This document shows, in pieces, positions 1-8,484 of a stretch of 64,000 bases of DNA. Position 1 is the stretch's first letter, and every line of letters starts with the position of its first letter. The notes under the pieces are model-generated. The model did not search any database. It saw only the letters and a list, made by a program, of their open reading frames with translations, and was not told where the DNA came from. Made by a program: the position numbers and the translations under genes. Source of the stretch: a candidate division FCPU426 bacterium (lineage in GTDB: Bacteria; Oederibacteriota; PGYV01; Palsa-1178); the NCBI GenBank assembly GCA_963840035.1, contig CAWIXE010000002.1:1152001-1216000 (forward strand), given 5' to 3'.

Positions 1-740
1 TTTGAATCCTCCTGTTTGATTATTGTTCCCTGTTCGTCGGTAAATGTGCCCCTCACGTGAAGGACCACACCGTAATTCTTTGCAAATTCAACGCTCCTGT
101 TATAAAGCACCTGCGCGCCGCCGCTTGAAAGCTCAAGCATTTCGTCGTATGAAAGAAAATCTATTTTCCTGGCGTCTTTGACCAGCTCGGGGTTCGTGGT
201 CATAACACCCGGCACATCCTTTAAGAACTCGCACACATCGGCTTTTATGGCTGTTGCAAGCGCCACGGCAGTCAGGTCCGAACCGCCCCTTCCGAGAGTT
301 GTTACTTCATCGCTGTCGGTTATGCCCTGGAATCCGGCCACTATGCAGATGTTACCCTGCTTTAAAGCTTCTTTTATCTTATACGCGCCTTTTATGTCAA
401 GTATCCTGGCTTTGGTGTGTTTTGTATCTGTCATAATACCGAGCTGGGCGCCTGTGAATGATTTTGCCTTGAAACCTTTTTCTATCAGGGCCATTGACAT
501 TAAGGCTATGGACTGCTGTTCTCCCGTGGCCATTAGCATGTCAAGTTCCCTGGAATCCGGCTCTTTGGCCAGCTTTTCCGCGAAATCAATGAGATTGTCC
601 GTGGTATCCCCCGGGGCGGATACGACCACAACCATCTGATTTCCTTTTTTCTTCTCCCTTATGATCCTGTCCGCCACAAAAAGCATCTTCTCCGGCGTAG
701 CCAGTGAAGCCCCGCCGTACTTCTGCACTATTAAAGCCAT
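1..740 (-). CDS. lysC: Aspartate kinase (5' part; runs off the window start)
   Basis: Manual translation from ATG at 740: MALIVQKYGGASLATPEK...VVVVSAPGDTTD...AGFQG...TTLGRGGSDLTAVALA...DVPGVMTTNP...SYDEMLELSSGGAQVL. These are aspartokinase motifs, and the gene lies in a thr operon. Confidence 0.96.
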   Translation of the reverse strand, partial: MALIVQKYGGASLATPEKMLFVADRIIREKKKGNQMVVVVSAPGDTTDNLIDFAEKLAKEPDSRELDMLMATGEQQSIALMSMALIEKGFKAKSFTGAQLGIMTDTKHTKARILDIKGAYKIKEALKQGNICIVAGFQGITDSDEVTTLGRGGSDLTAVALATAIKADVCEFLKDVPGVMTTNPELVKDARKIDFLSYDEMLELSSGGAQVLYNRSVEFAKNYGVVLHVRGTFTDEQGTIIKQEDS

Positions 741-776
741 GTTCCAATTTCCTCCTGATGAATTTATAATTTTAGT

Positions 777-1961
777 CTATTTTTTAATAAATTTCTCAAA
801 CAGCTCCCAGCCTTTGTCAAAAACCACGCCGGTTAAAGCCGCTTCTTTTTCGCTGTATTTAACATCCGCGCGGCCGGCTTCTTTCTCGGAATCATATATC
901 ATGAAAGGAACCGCGTCTTCCGTGTGCGTGCCGACCTTAACAGGCGTCGCGTGGTCGGAAGTAATCATAATCCTGTGGCTGCCCATGGCTTTCATGCCTT
1001 CGGCTATCCTGCCCACTATTTCAGAATCAAATTTCTCTATGGCTTCTATCTTACCCTTAACATCGCCGTTATGCCCCATCTCATCCGTGGCTTCCACGTG
1101 GAGATAAAGAAAATCCTTTTTCTTCATGGCCTTGAGCGCGTACTCGGCCTTGCCCTTATAATTTGTATCTATATACCCGGTAACTCCCGGTACGGATATG
1201 ACTTCCAGCCCCATGGATACCCCTATGCCGTTTACCAGGTCCACCGCTGAAATAACCGCGCCTTTTAAGCCGTACTTATCCTTCAATGAAGGCATGTCAA
1301 GTTTTTTGCCCTGCCCCCAGAGCCATATCATATTTGCCGGGTTTTTACCATCGGCCCTGCGCTGTATGTTGACTTCATGTCCGTCTAGCAGATATTGCGA
1401 ATCCTGCATTAGCCGCGTTAAAATTTCCGCTTTGGCGCCTTTAGGCATGTACTTTTCAATTTCCTGTCCTGTTATGTCATGTGGCGCCGTAGCCTTTATG
1501 CTGTCTCCGCCCTTCATGACCATTATATGCCTGTAGCTCTTACCCGGATAAAATTTGATATCATCCGTGCCGAGTTTCTTATCAAGCATTTTTATGAGTG
1601 TTTTTGCCTCTTCAGAGGTGATATGCCCCGAACTGTAATCGAGCATGCGTCCGGCCTTAACAGTGACAAGGTTGCAGCGGAACGCCACATCTTTTGGGCC
1701 GAGTTCTATCCCTAAGTTGGCCGCTTCCATGGGGGCGCGTCCCGTGTAATGCTCGTTTGGGTTATTGCCAAGCATGGTCATGTTCCCGATGTCAGAACCC
1801 AGCGGAAAACCTTTGCATAAAGGTGTGACCATACCGCATTCGCTCTTTTTTAAAAGGGCGTCCATGTTCGGCGTGTTTGCGGCTTCAAGAGGTGTTTTCC
1901 CGCCGAGCTCATCAACGGGAAGGTCTCCCATGCCGTCTGCTAAGAGTATTATGTATTTCAT
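777..1961 (-). CDS. apgM: Cofactor-independent phosphoglycerate mutase family (ApgM / proposed homoserine kinase type)
   Basis: DGMGD-P-LGGKTPLEAA-TPNMD, GSD, YTGRAPMEAA, HVEATDEMGH and SDHATP metalloenzyme motifs; located between thrC and lysC. Confidence 0.9.
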   Translation of the reverse strand: MKYIILLADGMGDLPVDELGGKTPLEAANTPNMDALLKKSECGMVTPLCKGFPLGSDIGNMTMLGNNPNEHYTGRAPMEAANLGIELGPKDVAFRCNLVTVKAGRMLDYSSGHITSEEAKTLIKMLDKKLGTDDIKFYPGKSYRHIMVMKGGDSIKATAPHDITGQEIEKYMPKGAKAEILTRLMQDSQYLLDGHEVNIQRRADGKNPANMIWLWGQGKKLDMPSLKDKYGLKGAVISAVDLVNGIGVSMGLEVISVPGVTGYIDTNYKGKAEYALKAMKKKDFLYLHVEATDEMGHNGDVKGKIEAIEKFDSEIVGRIAEGMKAMGSHRIMITSDHATPVKVGTHTEDAVPFMIYDSEKEAGRADVKYSEKEAALTGVVFDKGWELFEKFIKK

Positions 1962-1980
1962 AAGGTTCCTTTAAATTAGA

Positions 1981-2062
1981 TTTAAGTTCAGTTTCGAGTT
2001 TCGAGTTTTAAGTTTTAAGATAAATCAAACGCCCTCATCTTAAAACTTTAAACTTAAAACTT
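1981..2062. repeat. Inverted pair of AGTTTNN heptamer tandem arrays
   Basis: Left arm 1981-2021 (agtttcg agtttcg agtttta agtttta agat) faces right arm 2037-2062 (atct taaaact ttaaact taaaact t) across a 15-nt spacer. Confidence 0.8.
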
Positions 2063-2072
2063 CTCAATCTTC

Positions 2073-3245
2073 TTAGAACTCCTCAGCGTTTGCCGTGTTT
2101 CCTTCAGTATCAGCTTCTTCGCCTTCCTTGGGTTTCGGCTTGTCGTCCGGAAGCCTTAAGTCCTCGACATTTTCGGCTTCCTTTGCTTTTTTAGCCGCGG
2201 CAGCCAGCTGTTCTTCCGTCATTTCCTCTTCTGTGCTGTCGCCTTCCTCGCCTTCCACTTTGATCTTCGGGAAAGTTATGTGCGCCCTGAAATCCTTCTG
2301 CAGTTTCTTGACATTGTTAAGCTCTTTCCTGGCTATTGTGTAATTTTTCTTTATTTTAAGGGCGCTCTTAAATGATTTCTCCGCGTCTTCAAACATGTTC
2401 TTGTGCAGGTATGCCTTGCCAAGGCTGTAAAACGCTTCCGCGAATTTCGGGTCAAGCCTTGTGGCTTTTAAAAGGTGCTCTATGGCCTTGTCATAATATC
2501 CCTGGAGGATAAGCGCGTTGCCGTAGTTATACTGCGCGCCGGCAAAGTTGTCATCCTTTTTGAGGGTGTCCTCAAGCTGTGTTATGGCTTTGGCTATGTT
2601 CCCTTTTTTCTGGTAAGCCACGGCGATGTTTGATGACGCTTCGACGTATTCATGCCTTAACTCCACCGCTTTTTCAAACATTTCAATGGCCTTGTCGTAT
2701 AATTCCGTTTCAAGGTAAACAAGCCCGGCTTCATTGTAAAGCTCCTCAAAAGTCGGTTCCACTTTGATGGCGTCCCTGATTAAAAGCACCGCCTCGTCAA
2801 ATTTCTTGTCTTCCCTGTATATTTTTGCCAGGTTCAGCGACGCCCTCGCGAAAATATGCTCGTCATTTTTCAGTTCAATTGCCCGCTTATATAAATCCTG
2901 AATCTTCACTTTATTCTTCGCGAAGTCCTTCATTTCAAGGGCTATGGCGTAATTATAAAAAGCCTCGGCGTAATTGGGGTCTATGTAAACGGCTTTCTTA
3001 TACATGAATATGGCGTGGTCCACCTGCTTCATGGCTATAAAAGCAAGTCCGGCCTTGTTGTAAGGCTTCACAAAATCAGGCATGACCTTTATTGATTTTT
3101 TGAACATCTCCACGGCGCCTTTGTAGTCATTTACAAGATAAAGGTCAAACCCCTTATTGTAAAGGTCGTAGGCGTTTTCAGCCGCGTAAACATTCATGAA
3201 AACCAGGGTAAAAAACAGTGCGAGCAGCGTAATTTTTCTCATCAT
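2073..3245 (-). CDS. Tetratricopeptide repeat protein with signal peptide and acidic C-terminal tail
   Basis: Repeated TPR consensus (YNKAGLAF..A...YKKA..IDPNYAEAFYNYA; AQYNYGNAL...YDKAIEHL.KA.RLDPKFAEAFYSLG); hydrophobic N-terminus; GGGAGG RBS upstream of ATG 3245 (the ORF track starts at 3263). Confidence 0.88.
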   Translation of the reverse strand: MMRKITLLALFFTLVFMNVYAAENAYDLYNKGFDLYLVNDYKGAVEMFKKSIKVMPDFVKPYNKAGLAFIAMKQVDHAIFMYKKAVYIDPNYAEAFYNYAIALEMKDFAKNKVKIQDLYKRAIELKNDEHIFARASLNLAKIYREDKKFDEAVLLIRDAIKVEPTFEELYNEAGLVYLETELYDKAIEMFEKAVELRHEYVEASSNIAVAYQKKGNIAKAITQLEDTLKKDDNFAGAQYNYGNALILQGYYDKAIEHLLKATRLDPKFAEAFYSLGKAYLHKNMFEDAEKSFKSALKIKKNYTIARKELNNVKKLQKDFRAHITFPKIKVEGEEGDSTEEEMTEEQLAAAAKKAKEAENVEDLRLPDDKPKPKEGEEADTEGNTANAEEF

Positions 3246-3252
3246 ATCCTCC

Positions 3253-4320
3253 CTATTTTTCAATTATCTTCATTATGGATTTTAAGTCCGGTTTAACCAC
3301 TATCGGCTTGAACTCGACGCTTTTAATGGCCCTATCCGGGTCCTTAAGCCCGTGCCCTGTAAGGACGCAGACTATTTTAACCGTTTTCTTTTCCTTAAAG
3401 AACTTCTTCTTCCCGTATTTTATAAGCCCCGCCACAGACGCGGCAGAACCCGGCTCGCAAAAAATGCCTTCCTTTGAAGCCAGCAGAGTGTATGCATTGA
3501 TGATTTCTTTATCGGTTACCATGTCTATGACTCCGCCTGAATCATCCCTTGCGGCTTCAGCCTGTTTCCAGCTGGCAGGATTTCCTATCCTTATGGCCGT
3601 GGCGACTGTCTCCGGGTTTTCAACAGGGTGCCCGAGCACTATCGGAGCCGAACCCGCCGCCTGGAATCCCATCATCTTCGGGAGTTTCTTGTTCTTTCCC
3701 GCTTTTTTGTACTCTGTATAACCTTTCCAGTACGCGGTGATATTGCCGGCGTTGCCCACAGGTATAAAATGATAATCCGGCGCTTCACCAAGATAGTCCA
3801 CAACTTCAAACGCCCCTGTCTTCTGACCTTCAATGCGGTATGGGTTGAGCGAGTTTACAAGCTCTATGGGGTACTTTTCGCATATCTGTTTTACCATCTC
3901 AAGGGCCACGTCAAAATTGCCTTCAACAGCTATTACTTTTGACCCGTGTATAAGCGCCTGTGAAAGCTTTCCTAACGCTATGTATCCATTGGGAATAATT
4001 ACATAACTTATCATCCCGGCGCGCACCGAATAAGCAGCCGCCGAAGCTGAAGTATTTCCCGTAGAGGCGCAGATGGTGGCTTTCATGCCCTTTTCTTTTG
4101 CCTTTGAAATAGCCATGGTCATTCCGCGGTCCTTAAATGACCCGGTCGGGTTTAACCCCTCGTATTTGACGTATACCTCGACGTTTTCAGCAACCATTTT
4201 TTCAATCTTCGGCACCCTGATAAGCGGGGTATTGCCTTCCTGAAGCGACACGACCGGTGTCGACTTTGTAACCGGCAGGAACTTTCTGTATTTCTCTATA
4301 AGGCCTTTGTAGGGTTCCAT
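3253..4320 (-). CDS. thrC: Threonine synthase
   Basis: EGNTPL, KYEGLNPTGSFKDRG (PLP lysine), CASTGNTSASAAAY, PVGNAGNI, ETVATAIRIGNP, TGHGLKDP. Confidence 0.97.
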   Translation of the reverse strand: MEPYKGLIEKYRKFLPVTKSTPVVSLQEGNTPLIRVPKIEKMVAENVEVYVKYEGLNPTGSFKDRGMTMAISKAKEKGMKATICASTGNTSASAAAYSVRAGMISYVIIPNGYIALGKLSQALIHGSKVIAVEGNFDVALEMVKQICEKYPIELVNSLNPYRIEGQKTGAFEVVDYLGEAPDYHFIPVGNAGNITAYWKGYTEYKKAGKNKKLPKMMGFQAAGSAPIVLGHPVENPETVATAIRIGNPASWKQAEAARDDSGGVIDMVTDKEIINAYTLLASKEGIFCEPGSAASVAGLIKYGKKKFFKEKKTVKIVCVLTGHGLKDPDRAIKSVEFKPIVVKPDLKSIMKIIEK

Positions 4321-4335
4321 TTAAAACTCCTTTTT

Positions 4336-4443
4336 AGTCTCAATGATCTCAATAATCTCATGAGTCTCAATAGTCCGCCTGATCAAAACACAAGCCCCGC
4401 CTTTACTTCTGAGACTTCTGAGATCATTGAGATTATTGAGACT
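4336..4443. repeat. Inverted pair of nonamer (TCTCAAT-NN) tandem arrays
   Basis: Left arm 4336-4374 (agtctcaat gatctcaat aatctcatg agtctcaat agt). The reverse complement of the right arm 4405-4443 reads agtctcaat aatctcaat gatctcaga agtctcaga agt. Spacer about 30 nt. Confidence 0.85.
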
Positions 4444-4454
4444 GCATTTAAAAA

Positions 4455-5753
4455 CTAATCTACCACCCTGTACATAACCGTCTTCTCTTTTACAACCTTC
4501 ATGGCATCTATCTTTTTCAGGGCTTTCTTCAACCCGGCTTCTTTTGCCGCGTAGGTCATGATGACAACCGGGACTTTCGCGTGCTGCGACTGTATCTTCT
4601 GTATGACTGATTCAATGCTTATGCCGTTCTTCCCGAGTATGCCCGCGATTGTCGCGAGGACGCCGGGTTTGTCAACCACGTTAAAACGCAGATAATACTT
4701 TGAAGTGATCTCGCCCGCTTTGGTTATCACAACCGGCTTTGAAACAGCTGCCGGCTTTTTGATCCCGGTTTCCATGCCGTGCGAAATATTCCTGGCGATA
4801 TAAATAATGTCGGACAAAACAGCGGACGCAGTGGGCATTTCACCCGCGCCCCTTCCGTAAAATAAAGTTTCGCCGACCGCGTCGCCTTTTAAATATATGG
4901 CGTTAAATTCATAATTAACGGAAGCCAATAAATGCTTTTTATTTACAAGCGCGGGATGCACCCTTATGTTGACGCTGTTTCCATCTTTCTCCGCGATAGC
5001 CAGCAGCTTCATCACATAGCCAAACTCGTCGGCGTATTGTATGTCGGTATAGTTAACCGAAGTGATACCTTCGACAGGCACATCCGATTCTTTAATCCTT
5101 GTGCCGAATGCCATGGAAGACAGTATTACAATCTTGTGCATGGTGTCAAAGCCTTCTATGTCAAGTGTCGGGTCTGCTTCGGCAAAACCTTTAACCTGCG
5201 CTTCCTTAAGGGCGGTCTCAAAAGGCAGCCTGTCAAAAGTCATTTTTGTAAGTATGTAATTGCAGGTACCGTTTAAAATCGCCATGATTTTTTCTATCCT
5301 GTTTGCCGCAAGCCCCTTATCCATGCCGCGCAGTATGGGTATGCCTCCGCCCACCGACGCCTCAGCCATAATTTCGACTTTATTCTCGGACGCCGCAAAC
5401 GCTATCTCGTCCCAGTATTTTGATAAAAGCGCCTTGTTCGCCGTCACAACATGCTTGCCGGCATTTAACGCCCTGAGCACAAAATCATAAGCGGGTTTGT
5501 AACCGCCGATAAGCTCAATGACTATATCTATTTCAGGGTCATTAATAATGTCATTAATGTCTGACGTAAGCATTTCTTTAGGGACTTTTACCCCGCGGTC
5601 GGTCTTAATATCAATATCACATATCTTTTTCAATTCTACCTTTATCCCGGATTTGCCGTCAATGATGGCTCCGGAATTCTGAAAAAGTTTAACTACTCCT
5701 TTTCCAATGGTTCCAAAACCTATCAGGCCGACTTTGACTGATTTCTTTTCCAT
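4455..5753 (-). CDS. hom: Homoserine dehydrogenase with C-terminal ACT domain
   Basis: GLIGFGTIG, VVTANKA, EASVGGGIP, ILNGTCNYIL, GFAEADPTLDIEG, GRGAGEMPTASAV, DKPGVLA (ACT). Confidence 0.97.
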   Translation of the reverse strand: MEKKSVKVGLIGFGTIGKGVVKLFQNSGAIIDGKSGIKVELKKICDIDIKTDRGVKVPKEMLTSDINDIINDPEIDIVIELIGGYKPAYDFVLRALNAGKHVVTANKALLSKYWDEIAFAASENKVEIMAEASVGGGIPILRGMDKGLAANRIEKIMAILNGTCNYILTKMTFDRLPFETALKEAQVKGFAEADPTLDIEGFDTMHKIVILSSMAFGTRIKESDVPVEGITSVNYTDIQYADEFGYVMKLLAIAEKDGNSVNIRVHPALVNKKHLLASVNYEFNAIYLKGDAVGETLFYGRGAGEMPTASAVLSDIIYIARNISHGMETGIKKPAAVSKPVVITKAGEITSKYYLRFNVVDKPGVLATIAGILGKNGISIESVIQKIQSQHAKVPVVIMTYAAKEAGLKKALKKIDAMKVVKEKTVMYRVVD

Positions 5754-5888
5754 GTTAACCTCGCTTCATATTCAAAAAAGCAGTAATATAACGTATCAAA
5801 TCAGGCATAAACATACCTGACGACGCCTTATTTTACTCTCTTTAAAAGGAAACAAAACATCATTTTTCCCTTTTTTTATAAGTGTTTA

Positions 5889-5917
5889 ATTATATTATCG
5901 GGGTTTAAAAAAGTCAA
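5889..5917 (-). promoter_or_regulatory. Sigma70-type promoter of the thr operon
   Basis: On the minus strand TTGACT (5917-5912), 17 nt, TATAAT (5894-5889). Confidence 0.75.
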
Positions 5918-5924
5918 GAACCGA

Positions 5925-6006
5925 ATTTTCAATTTTCAATTTAATATTTTCAATTAAAGGCCTTAGCTGGCATTTAATTGAAAATTGAAAATATAAAATT
6001 GAAAAT
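5925..6006. repeat. ATTTTNN heptamer inverted-array element, copy 1
   Basis: 34-bp arms at 5925-5958 and 5973-6006 with a 14-nt spacer, between the divergent hom and sufC promoters. Confidence 0.9.
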
Positions 6007-6019
6007 ACACCCCCTGCCC

Positions 6020-6048
6020 TTGCCCTCCACCCCACATTATGCTATCAT
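6020..6048 (+). promoter_or_regulatory. Sigma70-type promoter of sufCB
   Basis: TTGCCC, 17 nt, TATCAT with an extended -10 TG; AGGAGG RBS at 6064-6069. Confidence 0.55.
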
Positions 6049-6073
6049 TAATAAGACCATTTTAGGAGGTTAT

Positions 6074-6814
6074 ATGCTCGAAATTACGGACCTTTGCGTT
6101 GAAATAAACGGCATTAAAGTGCTTAAATCCATTAATATTACCATCCCGGACGGTGAAACGCACATACTTTTCGGGCCTAACGGCTCAGGTAAGACTTCCC
6201 TTCTTATGACCATTATGGGTTATCCCCAGTATAAGGTAACCGGCGGGTCCATAAAGCATAACGGGGTGGAATTAACCTCCCTTCCGGTAAATGAGCGCGC
6301 CGCGTCAGGTATAGGGCTGTTCTTCCAGCGCCCCCCTTCCATAAAAGGGATAAAGCTTTCCCAGATGTCCGACATTATCAGCGGCAGAAGCGGTGTAAAA
6401 CTGGACTCTACTGTTGCCGCAAAGGCTCTGAACCTGGAATACCTGATGCCGAGGGATGTAAACCACGGATTTTCAGGGGGCGAGATAAAACGCTCCGAGC
6501 TCCTGCAGCTTTTCGCGCAGAAACCCGGCTTTATCATGCTTGACGAACCCGAATCAGGGGTTGATATAGAGAACATGAAGCTTATCGGCGGAAAGATAAG
6601 GACCCTGCTTGAACGCGGCCTTGAAAAGAAACAACGCTCAAAGAGCGCTCTTATCATAACCCACACGGGTTACATCATGGACTATGTGGACGCCGACGCC
6701 GGTTATACCCTTTTAGACGGCACCATCAAGTGCAGGCATGACGCGAGGAAACTTTTTGAGGACATACAATTACACGGATTCAGGGAGTGTGGCGCATGCA
6801 AAGACATAAAATAG
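6074..6814 (+). CDS. sufC: Fe-S assembly ABC-type ATPase SufC (SmsC type)
   Basis: GPNGSGKT Walker A, FSGGEIKRSE signature, LDEPESGVD Walker B, IITH, C-terminal CxxC. Start set at ATG 6074 after AGGAGG; the ORF track extension to 5978 reads through the repeat element. Confidence 0.9.
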   Translation: MLEITDLCVEINGIKVLKSINITIPDGETHILFGPNGSGKTSLLMTIMGYPQYKVTGGSIKHNGVELTSLPVNERAASGIGLFFQRPPSIKGIKLSQMSDIISGRSGVKLDSTVAAKALNLEYLMPRDVNHGFSGGEIKRSELLQLFAQKPGFIMLDEPESGVDIENMKLIGGKIRTLLERGLEKKQRSKSALIITHTGYIMDYVDADAGYTLLDGTIKCRHDARKLFEDIQLHGFRECGACKDIK

Positions 6815-7905
6815 AAGTTGATGAAAAAGACGAATCAAAGATAGAACGCTCCGGCATAAACCTTGACGAACAGGGCCGCAGCGGCTCTTTTGTGATGGCA
6901 AACAACCATGTCACCCATGTGACCATGCGGCAGGATGGCGTGGAAATGCTCCCCATCCACGACGCTTTGAAAAAATACCCGGAATTCTCGGATAAGATGT
7001 GGACTCTTGTCAATAAAGACAAGGACGAATACACAAAAGACGCTTACGCCGACACGCAGTCAGGGTACTTCATCCGCATAAAAGCCGGTGTAAAAGCGTT
7101 AATGCCTTTTCAGGCGTGTTTTTTTGTAAAACAGGACAAATTCAAGCAGAAAGTGCATAACCTGATAATTCTTGAGGAAGGCTCTTCCCTTCACATCATT
7201 AACGGCTGCGCAGCCGCTAATTACCTCGCGGAAGGCTCCCACATCGGAGTCACGGAAATGTTTGTCGGGAAAAACGCGCACTTAATGTACACGATGATAC
7301 ACGACTGGGCAAAAAATGTCGAGGTCAGGCCGCGTTCGGCCATCATCGTTGATGAAGGCGGTTCATATATATCAAATTATGTGGCGCTTCGCGACACAAA
7401 AATCACCCAGATGTACCCTACCGCGACACTCGCGGGCAAAGGCGCGGTCGCCAAATTTAATTCACTTGTGCTGGCGCCCGAGGGCTCTGTTTATGACCTT
7501 GGCGCAAGGGTCCTTTTAAACGCCGAGAACACCAGGGCCGAGATAATCAGCAGGTCAATATCTGACGGCGGCGACATCATAGCCCGCGGCCACCTCGAGG
7601 GCAACTCCCCTAAAGTCTTTGCGCACCTGGAATGCGACGGCCTGATGCTAAAAGACAAAGGCTTGATATCCGCGATACCGGAGCTCACTACAAAATATGC
7701 CGATGTAAATATGTCACACGAAGCTGCCATAGGAAAAATTGACGAGGAACAAATCATGTACTTAATGTCAAGGGGCATCCCAAAACCCGACGCGATATCC
7801 GCCATAGTCAGCGGTTTCATGGACGTAAAGATATTCGGCCTGCCGGAAGCGCTTGAGGAAGAGATAAATAAGAATATAAAGACGCTGGGTAAGGGAAGCC
7901 TTTAG
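6796..7905 (+). CDS. sufB: SufB/SufD family Fe-S scaffold (SmsB type)
   Basis: QACF...QKVHNLII.EEGS.LHIINGC, HLECDGLML, IPEL, SHEAAIGKIDEEQIMYLMSRG; overlaps the sufC end; GGGAG RBS before ATG 6796. Confidence 0.9.
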   Translation: MQRHKIEVDEKDESKIERSGINLDEQGRSGSFVMANNHVTHVTMRQDGVEMLPIHDALKKYPEFSDKMWTLVNKDKDEYTKDAYADTQSGYFIRIKAGVKALMPFQACFFVKQDKFKQKVHNLIILEEGSSLHIINGCAAANYLAEGSHIGVTEMFVGKNAHLMYTMIHDWAKNVEVRPRSAIIVDEGGSYISNYVALRDTKITQMYPTATLAGKGAVAKFNSLVLAPEGSVYDLGARVLLNAENTRAEIISRSISDGGDIIARGHLEGNSPKVFAHLECDGLMLKDKGLISAIPELTTKYADVNMSHEAAIGKIDEEQIMYLMSRGIPKPDAISAIVSGFMDVKIFGLPEALEEEINKNIKTLGKGSL

Positions 7906-7909
7906 AACA

Positions 7910-8015
7910 ATTTTCTATTTTGAATTTTCAATTTTCTATTAAAAATCAAAAAGGGCGGAACACATCCGCCCTTTTGTCATTTTCGCATTTAATTGAAAAT
8001 AGAAAATTTAAAATT
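7910..8015. repeat. ATTTTNN heptamer inverted-array element, copy 2 (encloses a terminator)
   Basis: Arms at 7910-7943 and 7988-8015. The right arm runs into the TAA stop of the 8014-8472 gene. Confidence 0.85.
7947..7976. terminator. Bidirectional intrinsic terminator between sufB and the convergent orphan gene
   Basis: caaaaagggcgga-acaca-tccgcccttttg: GC stem flanked by A and T tracts. Confidence 0.8.
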
Positions 8016-8472
8016 ATCTGTAAAACTTCACCACATGCGTATGCGTCAGCGCTTCCGCGCTGTCGTCTTCTTTCCTTACGCCGAGGATTATGAGCGTGTT
8101 TTTGGGGAATTTCACTCCCTGGAGCTCTTTTCTTATGAGGATGTTCATAACGTCGTCCTGCACCCTGTTGTCGCTTAAGTGGAACTCGCGCAGGTATACG
8201 ATGAAACCGTTGGGGTGCTTGCCTTCAAATGCCTCTTTTAGCCATTCGGGCGGTTTGCAGTCTTTCATTTTCATGCATCCCAGCTCGTTGTGTTCCAGGG
8301 TGCTTAAATCCTTGTCAATTAACTTTCTGCCGGTCTCATTGCTCACTTCAACAAGTATCTTATGGACCGTATCGCGCTGGTCGTGAAAGAGTATGATATC
8401 ACCCGGATCATGGGTGGTACAGGCACGCATGAAATACTTCTTCATCTCTTCATTACTTTTCATCAGATGCAT
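8014..8472 (-). CDS. Hypothetical protein resembling a degenerate MoxR/AAA_5-type ATPase core
   Basis: KPPEWL...FIVYLREFHLSDNRVQDDVMNILIRKELQGVKFPKNTLIILG mirrors the PPxW...hhhhDE.N.....VQ..h.hh.......hP....hh pattern of MoxR-like AAA proteins; no Walker A. Confidence 0.55.
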   Translation of the reverse strand: MHLMKSNEEMKKYFMRACTTHDPGDIILFHDQRDTVHKILVEVSNETGRKLIDKDLSTLEHNELGCMKMKDCKPPEWLKEAFEGKHPNGFIVYLREFHLSDNRVQDDVMNILIRKELQGVKFPKNTLIILGVRKEDDSAEALTHTHVVKFYR

Positions 8473-8484
8473 TTTTTACCCCTG

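Noticed and set aside
178..1107. Plus-strand ORFs 178-639 and 661-1107, and the many other short plus-strand ORFs across the window
   Set aside because: They lie antisense to well-supported minus-strand genes (lysC, apgM and others) and show no motifs or RBS.
1..5753. Functional link between the Thr biosynthesis operon and the Thr-rich secreted proteins
   Set aside because: They are about 48 kb apart with no shared regulatory evidence, so the proximity is probably coincidental.
5754..5885. Riboswitch, T-box or attenuator in the ~130-nt thr leader
   Set aside because: Only one small hairpin (tcaggcat...atacctga) is present. I saw no Thr-rich leader peptide, T-box motif or lysine/SAM riboswitch consensus.
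5978..6073. N-terminal extension of SufC in the ORF track (MKIENIKLKI...), and similar ORFs at 7993-8178 and 63109-63597
   Set aside because: These are translations of the heptamer repeat arms. The real sufC start is ATG 6074 with AGGAGG, and the other two are antisense to real genes.
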